From: Eledone cirrhosa
Lineage: Eukaryota
DNA length: 64,000 nucleotides
Direction of reading: 5' to 3'
NCBI GenBank assembly: GCA_964016885.1
Contig: OZ024745.1
Coordinates: 64,976,001-65,040,000 of the forward strand
A program made the position numbers and the translations under genes. Of this stretch, positions 42,001 to 56,900 are shown in pieces; the first letter of the stretch is position 1, and every line of letters begins with the position of its first letter. Below the pieces are notes generated by a model. It worked only from the letters and a program-made list of their open reading frames with translations, had not been told where the DNA came from and searched no databases.

Positions 42001-45000
42001 TTTTTTATTTGGGGGATCCATTTTTTATTTGGGTGAACCATTTTTTATTTGGGGGGATCCATTTTTTATTTGGGTGATCCATTTTTTATTTGGGTGATCC
42101 ATTTTTTATTTGGGGGATCCATTTTTTATTTGGGTGATCCATTTTTTATTTGGGGATCCATTTTTTATTTGGGGGATTCATTTTTTATTTGGGTGATCCA
42201 TTTTTTATTAGGGGGATCCATTTTTTATTTGGGTGATCCATTTTTATTTGGAGATCCATTTTTTATTTAGGTGATCCATTTTATAATTGGGTGATCCATT
42301 TTTTATTTGGGGGATCCATTTTTTATTTGGGTGATCCATTTTTTATTTGGGTTGATCCCTTTTTTATTTGGGGGATCCATTTTTTATTTGGGTGATCCAT
42401 TTTTTATTTGGGGGATCCATTTTTTATTTGGGTGATCCATTTTTTATTTGGGTGATCCATTTTTTATTTGAGGGACCCATTTTATATTTGGGTGATCCAT
42501 TTTTTATTTGGGTGATCCATTTTTTATTTGGGAGATCCATTTTTTATTTGGGGGATCCATTTTTTATTTGGGGGATCCATTTTTTATTTGGGGGATCCAT
42601 TTTTTATTTCGGGGATCCATTTTTTATTTGGGTGATTCATTTTTTATTTGGGGGATCCATTTTTTATTTGGGTGATCCATTTTTTTTATTTGGGGGTCCA
42701 TTTTTTATTTGGGTGATCCATTTTTTATTTGGGTGATCCATTTTTTAATTGGGTGATCCATTTTTATTTGGGTGATCCATTTTTTACTTGGGGGATCCAT
42801 TTTTTATTTGGGTGATCCATTTTTTATTTTGCTGATTCATTTTTTATTTGGGTGATCCATTTTTTATTTGGGGGATCCATTTTTTATTTGGGTGAACCAT
42901 TTTTTATTTGGGGGATCCATTTTTTATTTGGGTGATCCATTTTTTATTTGGGTGATCCATTTTTTATTTGGGGGATCCATTTTTTATTTGGGTGATCCAT
43001 TTTTTATTTGGGTGATCCATTTTTTATTTGGGGGATCCATTTTTTATTTGGGGGATCCATTTTTTATTTGGGTGATCCATTTTTATTTGGAGATCCATTT
43101 TGTATTTGGGTGATCCATTTTGTATTTGGGGGATCCATTTTTTAATTGGGTGATCCATTTTTTATTTGGGGGATCCATTTTTTATTTGGGAGATCCATTT
43201 TTTATTTGGGGGATCCATTGTTTATTTGGGTGATCCATTTTTTATTTGGGTGATCCATTTTTTATTTGGGGGATCCATTTTTTATTTGGGTGATCCATTT
43301 TTTATTTGGGTGATCCATTTTTTATTTGGGTGATCCATTTTTTATTTGTGGGATCCATTTTTTATTTGGGTGATCCATTTTTTATTTGGGGGATCCTTTT
43401 TTTATTTGGGTGATCCATTTTTTATTTGGGTGATCCATTTTTTATTTGGGGGATCCATTTTTTATTTGGGTGATCCATTTTTTATTTGGGTGATCCATTT
43501 TTTATTTGGGTGATCCATTTTTTATTTGGGGGATCCATTTTTTATTTGGGTGATCCATTTTTTATTTGGGGGATCCTTTTTTTATTTGGGTGATCCATTT
43601 TTTATTTGGGTGATCCATTTTTTATTTGGGGGATCCATTTTTTATTTGGGGGATCCATTTTTTATTTGGGTGATCCATTTTTTATTTGGGTGATCCATTT
43701 TTTAATTGGGTGATCAATTTTTTATTTGGGGGATCCATTTTTTATTTGGGTGATCCATTTTTTAGTTGGGTGGTCCATTTTTTATTTGGGTGATCCATTC
43801 TTTATTTGGGGGATCCATTTTTTATTTGGGTGATCCATTTTTTATTTGGGGATCCATTTTTTATTTGGGTGATCCATTTTTTATTTGGGTGATCCATTTT
43901 TTATTTGGGGGATCCATTTTTTATTTGGGTGATTCATTTTTTATTTGGGGGGTCCATTTTTTATTTGGGGGATCCATTTTTATTTGGGTGATCCATTTTT
44001 TATTTGGGGGATCCATTTTTTATTTGGGTGATCCATTTTTTATTTGGGTTGATCCCTTTTTTATTTGGGGGATCCATTTTTTATTTGGGTGATCCATTTT
44101 TTATTTGGAGGATCCACTTTTTATTTGGGTGATCCATTTTTTATTTGAGGGATCCATTTTATATTTGGGTGATCCATTTTTTATTTGGGGGATCCATTAT
44201 TTATTTGGGTGATCCATTTTTTATTTGGGTGATCCATTTTTTATTTGGGTGATCCATTTTTTATTTGGGTGATCCATTTTTTATTTGGGGGATCCATTTT
44301 TTATTTGGGTGATCCATTTTTTATTTGGGTGATCCATTTTTTATTTGGGGGATCCATTTTTTATTTGGGTGATCCATTTTTTATTTGGGGGATCCATGTT
44401 TTATTTGGGGGATCCATTTTTTATTTGGGTGATCCATTTTTTATATGGGTGATCCATTTTTTATTTGGGGGGATCCATTTTTGATTTGGGTGATCCATTT
44501 TTTATTTGGGGGATCCATTTTTTATTTGGGTGATCCATTTTTTATTTGGGGGATCCATTTTTTATTTGGGTGATCCATTTTTTATTTGGGTGATCAATTT
44601 TTTAATTGGGTGATCCATTTTTTATTTGGGGGATCCATTTTTTATTTGGGTGATCCATTTTTTAGTTGGGTGGTCCATTTTTTATTTGGGTGATCCATTT
44701 TTTATTTGGGGGATCCATTTTTTATTTGGGTGATCCATTTTTTATTTGGGGATCCATTTTTTATTTGGGTGATCCATTTTTTATTTGGGTGATCCATTTT
44801 TTATTTGGGGGATCCATTTTTTATTTGGGTGATCCATTTTTTATTTGGGGATCCATTTTTTGTTTGGGTGATCCATTTTTTATTTGGGTGATCCATTTTT
44901 TATTTGGGGGATCCATTTTTTATTTGGGTGATCCATTTTTTATTTGGGGGTCCATTTTTTATTTGGGGGATCCATTTTTATTTGGGTGATCCATTTTTTA

Positions 45001-46400
45001 TTTGGGGGATCCATTTTTTATTTGGGAGATCCATTTTTTATTTGGGTTGATCCCTTTTTTATTTGGGGGATCCATTTTTTATTTGGGTGATCCATTTTTT
45101 ATTTGGGGGATCCATTTTTTATTTGGGGGATCCATTTTTTATTTGGTTGATCCATTTTTTATTAGGGGGATCCATTTTTTATTTGGGTGATCCATTTTAA
45201 TTTGGAGATCCATTTTTTGTTTAGGTGATCCATTTTATAATTGGGTGATCCATTTTTTATTTGGGGGATCCATTTTTTATTTGGGGGATCCATTTTTTAT
45301 TTGGGTGATCCATTTTTTATTTTGCTGATTCATTATTTATTTGGGTCTTCCATTTTTTATTTGGGGGATCCATTTTTTATTTGCGTGAACCATTTTTTAT
45401 TTGGGAGATCCATTTTTTATTTGGGTGATCCATTTTTTATTTGGGTGATCCATTTTTTATTTGGGGGATCCATTTTTTATTTGGGTGATCCATTTTTTAT
45501 TTGGGTGATCCATTTTTTATTTGGGGGATCCATTTTTTATTTGGGGGATCCATTTTTTATTTGGGTGATCCATTTTTATTTGGAGATCCATTTTGTATTT
45601 GGGTGATCCATTTTTTAATTGGGTGATCCATTTTTTATTTGGGTGATCCATTTTTTATTTGGGGGATCCATTTTTTATTTGGGTGATCCATTTTTTATTT
45701 GGGTGGTCCATTTTTTATTTGGGTGATTCATTTTTTATTTGGGGGATCCATTTTTTATTTGGGTGATCCATTTTTTATTTGGGGATCCATTTTTTATTTG
45801 GGTGATCCATTTTTTATTTGGGTGATCCATTTTTTATTTTGCTGATTCATTTTTTATTTGGGTGATCCATTTTTTATTTGGGGGATCCATTTTTTATTTG
45901 GGTGAACCATTTTTTATTTGGGGGATCCATTTTTTATTTGGGTGATCCATTTTTTATTTGGGTGATCCATTTTTTATTTGGGGGATCCATTTTTTATTTG
46001 GGTGATCCATTTTTTATTTGGGTGATCCATTTTTTATTTGGGGGATCCATTTTTTATTTGGGGGATCCATTTTTTATTTGGGTGATCCATTTTTATTTGG
46101 AGATCCATTTTGTATTTGGGTGATCCATTTTGTATTTGGGGGATCCATTTTTTAATTGGGTGATCCATTTTTTATTTGGGGGATCCATTTTTTATTTGGG
46201 AGATCCATTTTTTATCTGGGGGATCCATTGTTTATTTGGGTGATCCATTTTTTATTTGGGTGATCCATTTTTTATTTGGGGGATCCATTTTTTATTTGGG
46301 TGATCCATTTTTTATTTGGGTGATCCATTTTTTATTTGGGTGATCCATTTTTTATTTGTGGGATCCATTTTTTATTTGGGTGATCCATTTTTTATTTGGG
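33100..46400. repeat. Imperfect ~7-kb duplication (offset steps 7218, 6983, 6924 bp); boundaries approximate
   Basis: ORF pairs 33274/40492, 33395/40613, 33713/40931 and 34350/41568 (7218); 35885/42868, 36783/43766 and 37262/44245 (6983); 38078/45002, 38317/45241 and 38954/45878 (6924). GGGTGCTCC is shared (~33814/41032). Confidence 0.8.
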
Positions 46401-49400
46401 GGATCCTTTTTTTATTTGGGTGATCCATTTTTTATTTGGGTGATCCATTTTTTATTTGGGGGATCCATTTTTTATTTGGGTGATCCATTTTTTATTTGGG
46501 TGATCCATTTTTTATTTGGGTGATCCATTTTTTATTTGGGGGATCCATTTTTTATTTGGGTGATCCATTTTTTATTTGGGGGATCCTTTTTTTATTTGGG
46601 TGATCCATTTTTTATTTGGGTGATCCATTTTTTATTTGGGGGATCCATTTTTTATTTGGGGGATCCATTTTTTATTTGGGTGATCCATTTTTTATTTGGG
46701 TGATCCATTTTTTAATTGGGTGATCAATGTTTTATTTGGGGGATCCATTTTTTATTTGGGTGATCCATTTTTTAGTTGGGTGGTCCATTTTTTATTTGGG
46801 TGATCCATTCTTTATTTGGGGGATCCATTTTTTATTTGGGTGATCCATTTTTTATTTGGGGATCCATTTTTTATTTGGGTGATCCATTTTTTATTTGGGT
46901 GATCCATTTTTTATTTGGGGGATCCATTTTTTATTTGGGTGATTCATGTTTTATTTGGGGGGTCCATTTTTTATTTGGGGGATCCATTTTTATTTGGGTG
47001 ATCCATTTTTTATTTGGGGGATCCATTTTTTATTTGGGTGATCCATTTTTTATTTGGGTTGATCCCTTTTTTATTTGGGGGATCCATTTTTTATTTGGGT
47101 GATCCATTTTTTATTTGGAGGATCCACTTTTTATTTGGGTGATCCATTTTTTATTTGAGGGATCCATTTTATATTTGGGTGATCCATTTTTTATTTGGGG
47201 GATCCATTATTTATTTGGGTGATCCATTTTTTATTTGGGTGATCCATTTTTTATTTGGGTGATCCATTTTTTATTTGGGTGATCCATTTTTTATTTGGGG
47301 GATCCATTTTTTATTTGGGTGATCCATTTTTTATTTGGGTGATCCATTTTTTATTTGGGGGATCCATTTTTTATTTGGGTGATCCATTTTTTATTTGGGG
47401 GATCCATTTTTTATTTGGGGGATCCATTTTTTATTTGGGTGATCCATTTTTTATATGGGTGATCCATTTTTTATTTGGGGGGATCCATTTTTGATTTGGG
47501 TGATCCATTTTTTATTTGGGGGATCCATTTTTTATTTGGGTGATCCATTTTTTATTTGGGGGATCCATTTTTTATTTGGGTGATCCATTTTTTATTTGGG
47601 TGATCAATTTTTTAATTGGGTGATCCATTTTTTATTTGGGGGATCCATTTTTTATTTGGGTGATCCATTTTTTAGTTGGGTGGTCCATTTTTTATTTGGG
47701 TGATCCATTTTTTATTTGGGGGATCCATTTTTTATTTGGGTGATCCATTTTTTATTTGGAGATCCATTTTTTATTTGGGTGATCCATTTTTTATTTGGGT
47801 GATCCATTTTTTATTTGGGGGATCCATTTTTTATTTGGGTGATCCATTTTTTATTTGGGGATCCATTTTTTGTTTGGGTGATCCATTTTTTATTTGGGTG
47901 ATCCATTTTTTATTTGGGGGATCCATTTTTTATTTGGGTGATCCATTTTTTATTTGGGGGTCCATTTTTTATTTGGGGGATCCATTTTTATTTGGGTGAT
48001 CCATTTTTTATTTGGGGGATCCATTTTTTATTTGGGTGATCCATTTTTTATTTGGGTTGATCCCTTTTTTATTTGGGGGATCCATTTTTTATTTGGGTGA
48101 TCCATTTTTTATTTGGGGGATCCATTTTTTATTTGGGGGATCCATTTTTTATTTGGTTGATCCATTTTTTATTAGGGGGATCCATTTTTTATTTGGGTGA
48201 TCCATTTTAATTTGGAGATCCATTTTTTGTTTAGGTGATCCATTTTATAATTGGGTGATCCATTTTTTATTTGGGGGATCCATTTTTTATTTTGCTGATT
48301 CATTATTTATTTGGGTCTTCCATTTTTTATTTGGGGGATCCATTTTTTATTTGCGTGAACCATTTTTTATTTGGGAGATCCATTTTTTATTTGGGTGATC
48401 CATTTTTTATTTGGGTGATCCATTTTTTATTTGGGGGATCCATTTTTTATTTGGGTGATCCATTTTTTATTTGGGTGATCCATTTTTTATTTGGGGGATC
48501 CATTTTTTATTTGGGGGATCCATTTTTTATTTGGGTGATCCATTTTTATTTGGAGATCCATTTTGTATTTGGGTGATCCATTTTTTAATTGGGTGATCCA
48601 TTTTTTATTTGGGTGATCCATTTTTTATTTGGGGGATCCATTTTTTATTTGGGTGATCCATTTTTTATTTGGGTGGTCCATTTTTTATTTGGGTGATTCA
48701 TTTTTTATTTGGGGGATCCATTTTTTATTTGGGTGATCCATTTTTTATTTGGGGATCCATTTTTTATTTGGGTGATCCATTTTTTATTTGGGTGATCCAT
48801 TTTTTATTTTGCTGATTCATTTTTTATTTGGGTGATCCATTTTTTATTTGGGGGATCCATTTTTTATTTGGGTGAACCATTTTTTATTTGGGGGATCCAT
48901 TTTTTATTTGGGTGATCCATTTTTTATTTGGGTGATCCATTTTTTATTTGGGGGATCCATTTTTTATTTGGGTGATCCATTTTTTATTTGGGTGATCCAT
49001 TTTTTATTTGGGGGATCCATTTTTTATTTGGGGGATCCATTTTTTATTTGGGTGATCCATTTTTATTTGGAGATCCATTTTGTATTTGGGTGATCCATTT
49101 TGTATTTGGGGGATCCATTTTTTAATTGGGTGATCCATTTTTTATTTGGGGGATCCATTTTTTATTTGGGAGATCCATTTTTTATCTGGGGGATCCATTG
49201 TTTATTTGGGTGATCCATTTTTTATTTGGGTGATCCATTTTTTATTTGGGGGATCCATTTTTTATTTGGGTGATCCATTTTTTATTTGGGTGATCCATTT
49301 TTTATTTGGGTGATCCATTTTTTATTTGTGGGATCCATTTTTTATTTGGGTGATCCATTTTTTATTTGGGGGATCCTTTTTTTATTTGGGTGATCCATTT

Positions 49401-52400
49401 TTTATTTGGGTGATCCATTTTTTATTTGGGGGATCCATTTTTTATTTGGGTGATCCATTTTTTATTTGGGTGATACATTTTTTATTTGGGGGATCCATTT
49501 TTTATTTGGATGATCCATTTTTTATTTGGGGGATCCATTTTTTATTTGGGGCGTCCATTTTTTATTTGGGTGATCCATTCTTTATTTGGGGGATCCATTT
49601 TTTATTTGGGTGATCCATTTTTTATTTGGGGATCCATTTTTTATTTGGGTGATCCATTTTTTATTTGGGTGATCCATTTTTTATTTGGGGGATCCATTTT
49701 TTATTTGGGTGATTCATTTTTTATTTGGGGGGTCCATTTTTTATTTGGGGGATCCATTTTTATTTGGGTGATCCATTTTTTATTTGGGGGATCCATTTTT
49801 TATTTGGGTGATCCATTTTTTATTTGGGTTGATCCCTTTTTTATTTGGGGGATCCATTTTTTATTTGGGTGATCCATTTTTTATTTGGAGGATCCACTTT
49901 TTATTTGGGTGATCCATTTTTTATTTGAGGGATCCATTTTATATTTGGGTGATCCATTTTTTATTTGGGGGATCCATTATTTATTTGGGTGATCCATTTT
50001 TTATTTGGGTGATCCATTTTTTATTTGGGTGATCCATTTTTTATTTGGGTGATCCATTTTTTATTTGGGGGATCCATTTTTTATTTGGGTGATCCATTTT
50101 TTATTTGGGTGATCCATTTTTTATTTGGGGGATCCATTTTTTATTTGGGTGATCCATTTTTTATTTGGGGGATCCATTTTTTATTTGGGGGATCCATTTT
50201 TTATTTGGGTGATCCATTTTTTATATGGGTGATCCATTTTTTATTTGGGGGGATCCATTTTTGATTTGGGTGATCCATTTTTTATTTGGGGGATCCATTT
50301 TTTATTTGGGTGATCCATTTTTTATTTGGGGGATCCATTTTTTATTTGGGTGATCCATTTTTTATTTGGGTGATCAATTTTTTAATTGGGTGATCCATTT
50401 TTTATTTGGGGGATCCATTTTTTATTTGGGTGATCCATTTTTTAGTTGGGTGGTCCATTTTTTATTTGGGTGATCCATTTTTTATTTGGGGGATCCATTT
50501 TTTATTTGGGTGATCCATTTTTTATTTGGGGATCCATTTTTTATTTGGGTGATCCATTTTTTATTTGGGTGATCCATTTTTTATTTGGGGGATCCATTTT
50601 TTATTTGGGTGATCCATTTTTTATTTGGGGATCCATTTTTTGTTTGGGTGATCCATTTTTTATTTGGGTGATCCATTTTTTATTTGGGGGATCCATTTTT
50701 TATTTGGGTGATCCATTTTTTATTTGGGGGTCCATTTTTTATTTGGGGGATCCATTTTTATTTGGGTGATCCATTTTTTATTTGGGTGATCCATTTTTTA
50801 TTTGGGTGATCCATTTTTTATTTGGGTTGATCCCTTTTTTATTTGGGGGATCCATTTTTTATTTGGGTGATCCATTTTTTATTTGGGGGATCCATTTTTT
50901 ATTTGGGGGATCCATTTTTTATTTGGTTGATCCATTTTTTATTAGGGGGATCCATTTTTTATTTGGGTGATCCATTTTAATTTGGAGATCCATTTTTTGT
51001 TTAGGTGATCCATTTTATAATTGGGTGATCCATTTTTTATTTGGGGGATCCATTTTTTATTTGGGGGATCCATTTTTTATTTGGGTGATCCATTTTTTAT
51101 TTTGCTGATTCATTATTTATTTGGGTCTTCCATTTTTTATTTGGGGGATCCATTTTTTATTTGGGTGAACCATTTTTTATTTGGGAGATCCATTTTTTAT
51201 TTGGGTGATCCATTTTTTATTTGGGTGATCCATTTTTTATTTGGGGGATCCATTTTTTATTTGGGTGATCCATTTTTTATTTGGGTGATCCATTTTTTAT
51301 TTGGGGGATCCATTTTTTATTTGGGGGATCCATTTTTTATTTGGGTGATCCATTTTTATTTGGAGATCCATTTTGTATTTGGGTGATCCATTTTTTAATT
51401 GGGTGATCCATTTTTTATTTGGGTGATCCATTTTTTATTTGGGGGATCCATTTTTTATTTGGGTGATCCATTTTTTATTTGGGTAGTCCATTTTTTATTT
51501 GGGTGATTCATTTTTTATTTGGGGGATCCATTTTTTATTTGGGTGATCCATTTTTTATTTGGGGATCCATTTTTTATTTGGGTGATCCATTTTTTATTTG
51601 GGTGATCCATTTTTTATTTTGCTGATTCATTTTTTATTTGGGTGATCCATTTTTTATTTGGCGGATCCATTTTTTATTTGGGTGAACCATTTTTTATTTG
51701 GGGGATCCATTTTTTATTTGGGTGATCCATTTTTTATTTGGGTGATCCATTTTTTATTTGGGGGATCCATTTTTTATTTGGGTGATCCATTTTTTATTTG
51801 GGTGATCCATTTTTTATTTGGGGGATCCATTTTTTATTTGGGGGATCCATTTTTTATTTGGGTGATCCATTTTTATTTGGAGATCCATTTTGTATTTGGG
51901 TGATCCATTTTGTATTTGGGGGATCCATTTTTTAATTGGGTGATCCATTTTTTATTTGGGGGATCCATTTTTTATTTGGGAGATCCATTTTTTATCTGGG
52001 GGATCCATTGTTTATTTGGGTGATCCATTTTTTATTTGGGTGATCCATTTTTTATTTGGGGGATCCATTTTTTATTTGGGTGATCCATTTTTTATTTGGG
52101 TGATCCATTTTTTATTTGGGTGATCCATTTTTTATTTGTGGGATCCATTTTTTATTTGGGTGATCCATTTTTTATTTGGGGGATCCTTTTTTTATTTGGA
52201 TGATCCATTTTTTATTTGGGTGATCCATTTTTTATTTGGGGGATCCATTTTTTATTTGGGTGATCCATTTTTTATTTGGGTGATACATTTTTTATTTGGG
52301 GGATCCATTTTTTATTTGGGTGATCCATTTTTTATTTGGGGGATCCATTTTTTATTTGGGGGATCCATTTTTTATTTGGGTGATCCATTTTTTATTTGGG

Positions 52401-53030
52401 TGATCCATTTTTTATTTGGGGGATCCATTTTTTATTTGGCTGATCCATTTTTTATTTGGGGGATCCATTTTTTATTTGGGTGATCCATTTTTTATTTGGG
52501 GGATCCATTTTTTATTTGGGTGATCCATTTTTTATTTGGGTGATCCATTTTTTAATTGGGTGATCCATTTTTTATTTGGGGGATCCATTTTTTATTTGGG
52601 TGATCCATTTTTTAGTTGGGTGGTCCATTTTTTATTTGGGTGATCCATTCTTTATTTGGGGGATCCATTTTTTATTTGGGTGATCCATTTTTTATTTGGG
52701 GATCCATTTTTTATTTGGGTGATCCATTTTTTATTTGGGTGATCCATTTTTTATTTGGGGGATCCATTTTTTATTTGGGTGATTCATTTTTTATTTGGGG
52801 GGTCCATTTTTTATTTGGGGGATCCATTTTTATTTGGGTGATCCATTTTTTATTTGGGGGATCCATTTTTTATTTGGGTGATCCATTTTTTATTTGGGTT
52901 GATCCCTTTTTTATTTGGGGGATCCATTTTTCATTTGGGTGATCCATTTTTTATTTGGAGGATCCACTTTTTATTTGGGTGATCCATTTTTTATTTGAGG
53001 GATCCATTTTATATTTGGGTGATCCATTTT
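42830..53030. repeat. ~2.8-3.0-kb higher-order unit, about 3.5 tandem copies with internal monomer deletions; boundaries approximate
   Basis: ORF series 42868/45878/48848/51658, 44245/47255/50025, 44666/47676/50446 and 45002/48012/50782. The marker GGGTCTTCC occurs at ~45343, ~48313 and ~51123 (also ~38419). Confidence 0.87.
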
Positions 53031-53949
53031 TATTTGGGTGATCCATTTTTTATTTGGGGGATCCATTTTTTATTTGGGTGATCCATTTTTTATTTGGGTG
53101 ATCCATTTTTTATTTGGGGGATCCATTTTTTATTTGGGTGATCCATTTTTTATTTGGGGGATCCTTTTTTTATTTGGGTGATCCATTTTTTATTTGGGTG
53201 ATCCATTTTTTATTTGGGGGATCCATTTTTTATTTCGGTGATCCATTTTTTATTTGGGTGATCCATTTTTTATTTGGGGGATCCATTTTTTATTTGGGTG
53301 ATCCATTTTTTATTTGGGGGATCCATTTTTTATTTGGGGGATCCATTTTTTATTTGGGAGATCCATTTTTTATATGGGTGATCCATTTTTTATTTGGGGG
53401 GATCCATTTTTAATTTGGGTGATCCATTTTTTATTTGGGGGATCCATTTTTTATTTGGGTGATCCATTTTTTATTTGGGGGATTCATTTTTTATTTGGGT
53501 GATCCATTTTTTAGTTGGGTGGTCCATTTTCTATTTGGGTGATCCATTTTTTATTTGGGGGATCCATTTTTTATTTGGGTGATCCATTTTTTATTTGGGA
53601 ATCCATTTTTTATTTGGGTGAGCCATTTTTTATTTGGGTGATCCATTTTTTATTTGGGGGATCCATTTTTTATTTGGGTGATTCATTTTTTATTTGGGGG
53701 GTCCATTTTTTATTTGGGGGATCCATTTTTATTTGGGTGATCCATTTTCTATTTGGGGGATCCATTTTTTATTTGGGTGATATTTTTTATTTGGGTTGAT
53801 CCCTTTTTTATTTGGGGGATCCATTTTTTATTTGGGTGATCCATTTTTTATTTGGGGGATCCATTTTTTATTTGGGTGATCCATTTTTTATTTGAGGGAT
53901 CCATTTTATATTTGGGTGATCCATTTTTTATTTGGGGGATCCATTATTT

Positions 53950-56900
53950 ATTTGGGTGATCCATTTTTTATTTGGGTGATCCATTTTTTATTTGGGGGAT
54001 CCATTTTTTATTTGGGGGATCCATTTTTTATTTGGGGGATCCATTTTTTATTTGGGGGATCCATTTTTTATTTCGGGGATCCATTTTTTATTTGGGTGAT
54101 TCATTTTTTATTTGGGGGATCCATTTTTTATTTGGGTGATCCATTTTTTTAATTTGGGGGTCCATTTTTTATTTGGGTGATCCATTTTTTATTTGGGTGA
54201 TCCATTTTTTAATTGGGTGATCCATTTTTATTTGGGTGATCCATTTTTTACTTGGGGGATCCATTTTTTATTTGGGGGATCCTTTTTTTATTTGGGTGAT
54301 CCATTTTTTATTTGGGTGAACCATTTTTTATTTGGGGGATCCATTTTTTATTTGGGTGATCCATTTTTTATTTGGGTGATCCATTTTTTATTTGGGGGAT
54401 CCATTTTTTATTTGGGGGATCCATTTTTTATTTGGGGGATCCATTTTTTATTTGGGGGAACCATTTTTTATTTGGGTGATCCATTTTTTATATGGGTGAT
54501 CCATTTTTTATTTGGGGGGATCCATTTTTAATTTGGGTGATCCATTTTTTATTTGGGGGATCCATTTTTTATTTGGGTGATCCATTTTTTATTTGGGGGA
54601 TTCATTTTTTATTTGGGTGATCCATTTTTTATTTGGGTGATCCATTTTTTAATTGGGTGATCCATTTTTTATTTGGGGGATCCATTTTTTATTTGGGTGA
54701 TCCATTTTTTAGTTGGGTGGTCCATTTTTTATTTGGGTGATCCATTTTTTATTTGGGGGATCCATTTTTTATTTGGGTGATCCATTTTTTATTTGGGAAT
54801 CCATTTTTTATTTGGGTGAGCCATTTTTTATTTGGGTGATCCATTTTTTATTTGGGGGATCCATTTTTTATTTGGGTGATTCATTTTTTATTTGGGGGGT
54901 CCATTTTTTATTTGGGGGATCCATTTTTATTTGGGTGATCCATTTTCTATTTGGGGGATCCATTTTTTATTTGGGTGATCCATTTTTTATTTGGGTTGAT
55001 CCCTTTTTTATTTGGGGGATCCATTTTTTATTTGGGTGATCCATTTTTTATTTGGGGGATCCATTTTTTATTTGGGTGATCCATTTTTTATTTGAGGGAT
55101 CCATTTTATATTTGGGTGATCCATTTTTTATTTGGGGGATCCATTATTTATTTGGGTGATCCATTTTTTATTTGGGTGATCCATTTTTTTATTTGGGTGA
55201 TCCATTTTTTATTTGGGTGATCCATTTTTTATTTGGGTGATACATTTTTTATTTGGGGGATCCATTTTTTTATTTGGGTGATCCATTTTTTATTTGGGTG
55301 ATCCATTTTTTATTTGAGGGATCCATTTTATATTTGGGTGATCCATTTTTTATTTGGGGGATCCATTTTTTATTTGGGGGATCCATTTTTTATTTGGGGG
55401 ATCCATTTTTTATTTGGGGGATCCATTTTTTATTTCGGGGATCCATTTTTTATTTGGGTGATTCATTTTTTATTTGGGGGATCCATTTTTTATTTGGGTG
55501 ATCCATTTTTTTAATTTCGGGGTCCATTTTTTATTTGGGTGATCCATTTTTTATTTGGGTGATCCATTTTTTAATTGGGTGATCCATTTTTATTTGGGTG
55601 ATCCATTTTTTACTTGGAGGATCCATTTTTTATTTGGGTGATCCATTTTTTATTTTGCTGATTCATTTTTTATTTGGGTGATCCATTTTTTATTTGGGGG
55701 ATCCATTTTTTATTTGGGTGAACCATTTTTTATTTGGGGGATCCATTTTTTATTTGGGTGATCCATTTTTTATTTGGGTGATCCATTTTTTATTTGGGGG
55801 ATCCATTTTTTATTTGGGTGATCCATTTTTTTATTTGGGTGATCCATTTTTTATTTGGGTGATCCATTTTTTATTTGGGTGATACATTTTTTATTTGGGG
55901 GATCCATTTTTTATTTGGGTGATCCATTTTTTATTTGGGTGATCCATTTTTTATTTGAGGGATCCATTTTATATTTGGGTGATCCATTTTTTATTTGGGG
56001 GATCCATTTTTTATTTGGGTGATCCATTTTTTATTTGGGGGATCCATTTTTTATTTGGGTGATCCATTTTTTATTTGAGGGATCCATTTTATATTTGGGT
56101 GATCCATTTTTTATTTGGGGGATCCATTATTTATTTGGGTGATCCATTTTTTATTTGGGTGATCCATTTTTTTATTTGGGTGATCCATTTTTTATTTGGG
56201 TGATCCATTTTTTATTTGGGTGATACATTTTTTATTTGGGGGATCCATTTTTTATTTGGGTGATCCATTTTTTATTTGGGTGATCCATTTTTTATTTGAG
56301 GGATCCATTTTATATTTGGGTGATCCATTTTTTATTTGGGTGATCCATTTTTTATTTGGGGGATCCATTTTTTATTTGGGGGATCCATTTTTTATTTGGG
56401 GGATCCATTTTTTATTTGGGGGATCCATTTTTTATTTCGGGGATCCATTTTTTATTTGGGTGATTCATTTTTTATTTGGGGGATCCATTTTTTATTTGGG
56501 TGATCCATTTTTTTAATTTGGGGGTCCATTTTTTATTTGGGTGATCCATTTTTTTATTTGGGTATTCCATTTTTTATTTGGGTGATCCATTTTTTATTTG
56601 GGTGATACATTTTTTATTTGGGGGATCCATTTTTTATTTGGGTGATTCATTTTTTATTTGGGGGGTCCATTTTTTATTTGGGGGATCCATTTTTATTTGG
56701 GTGATCCATTTTCTATTTGGGGGATCCATTTTTTATTTGGGTGATCCATTTTTTATTTGGGTTGATCCCTTTTTTATTTGGGGGATCCATTTTTTATTTG
56801 GGTGATCCATTTTTTATTTGGGGGATCCATTTTTTATTTGGGTGATCCATTTTTTATTTGAGGGATCCATTTTATATTTGGGTGATCCATTTTTTATTTG

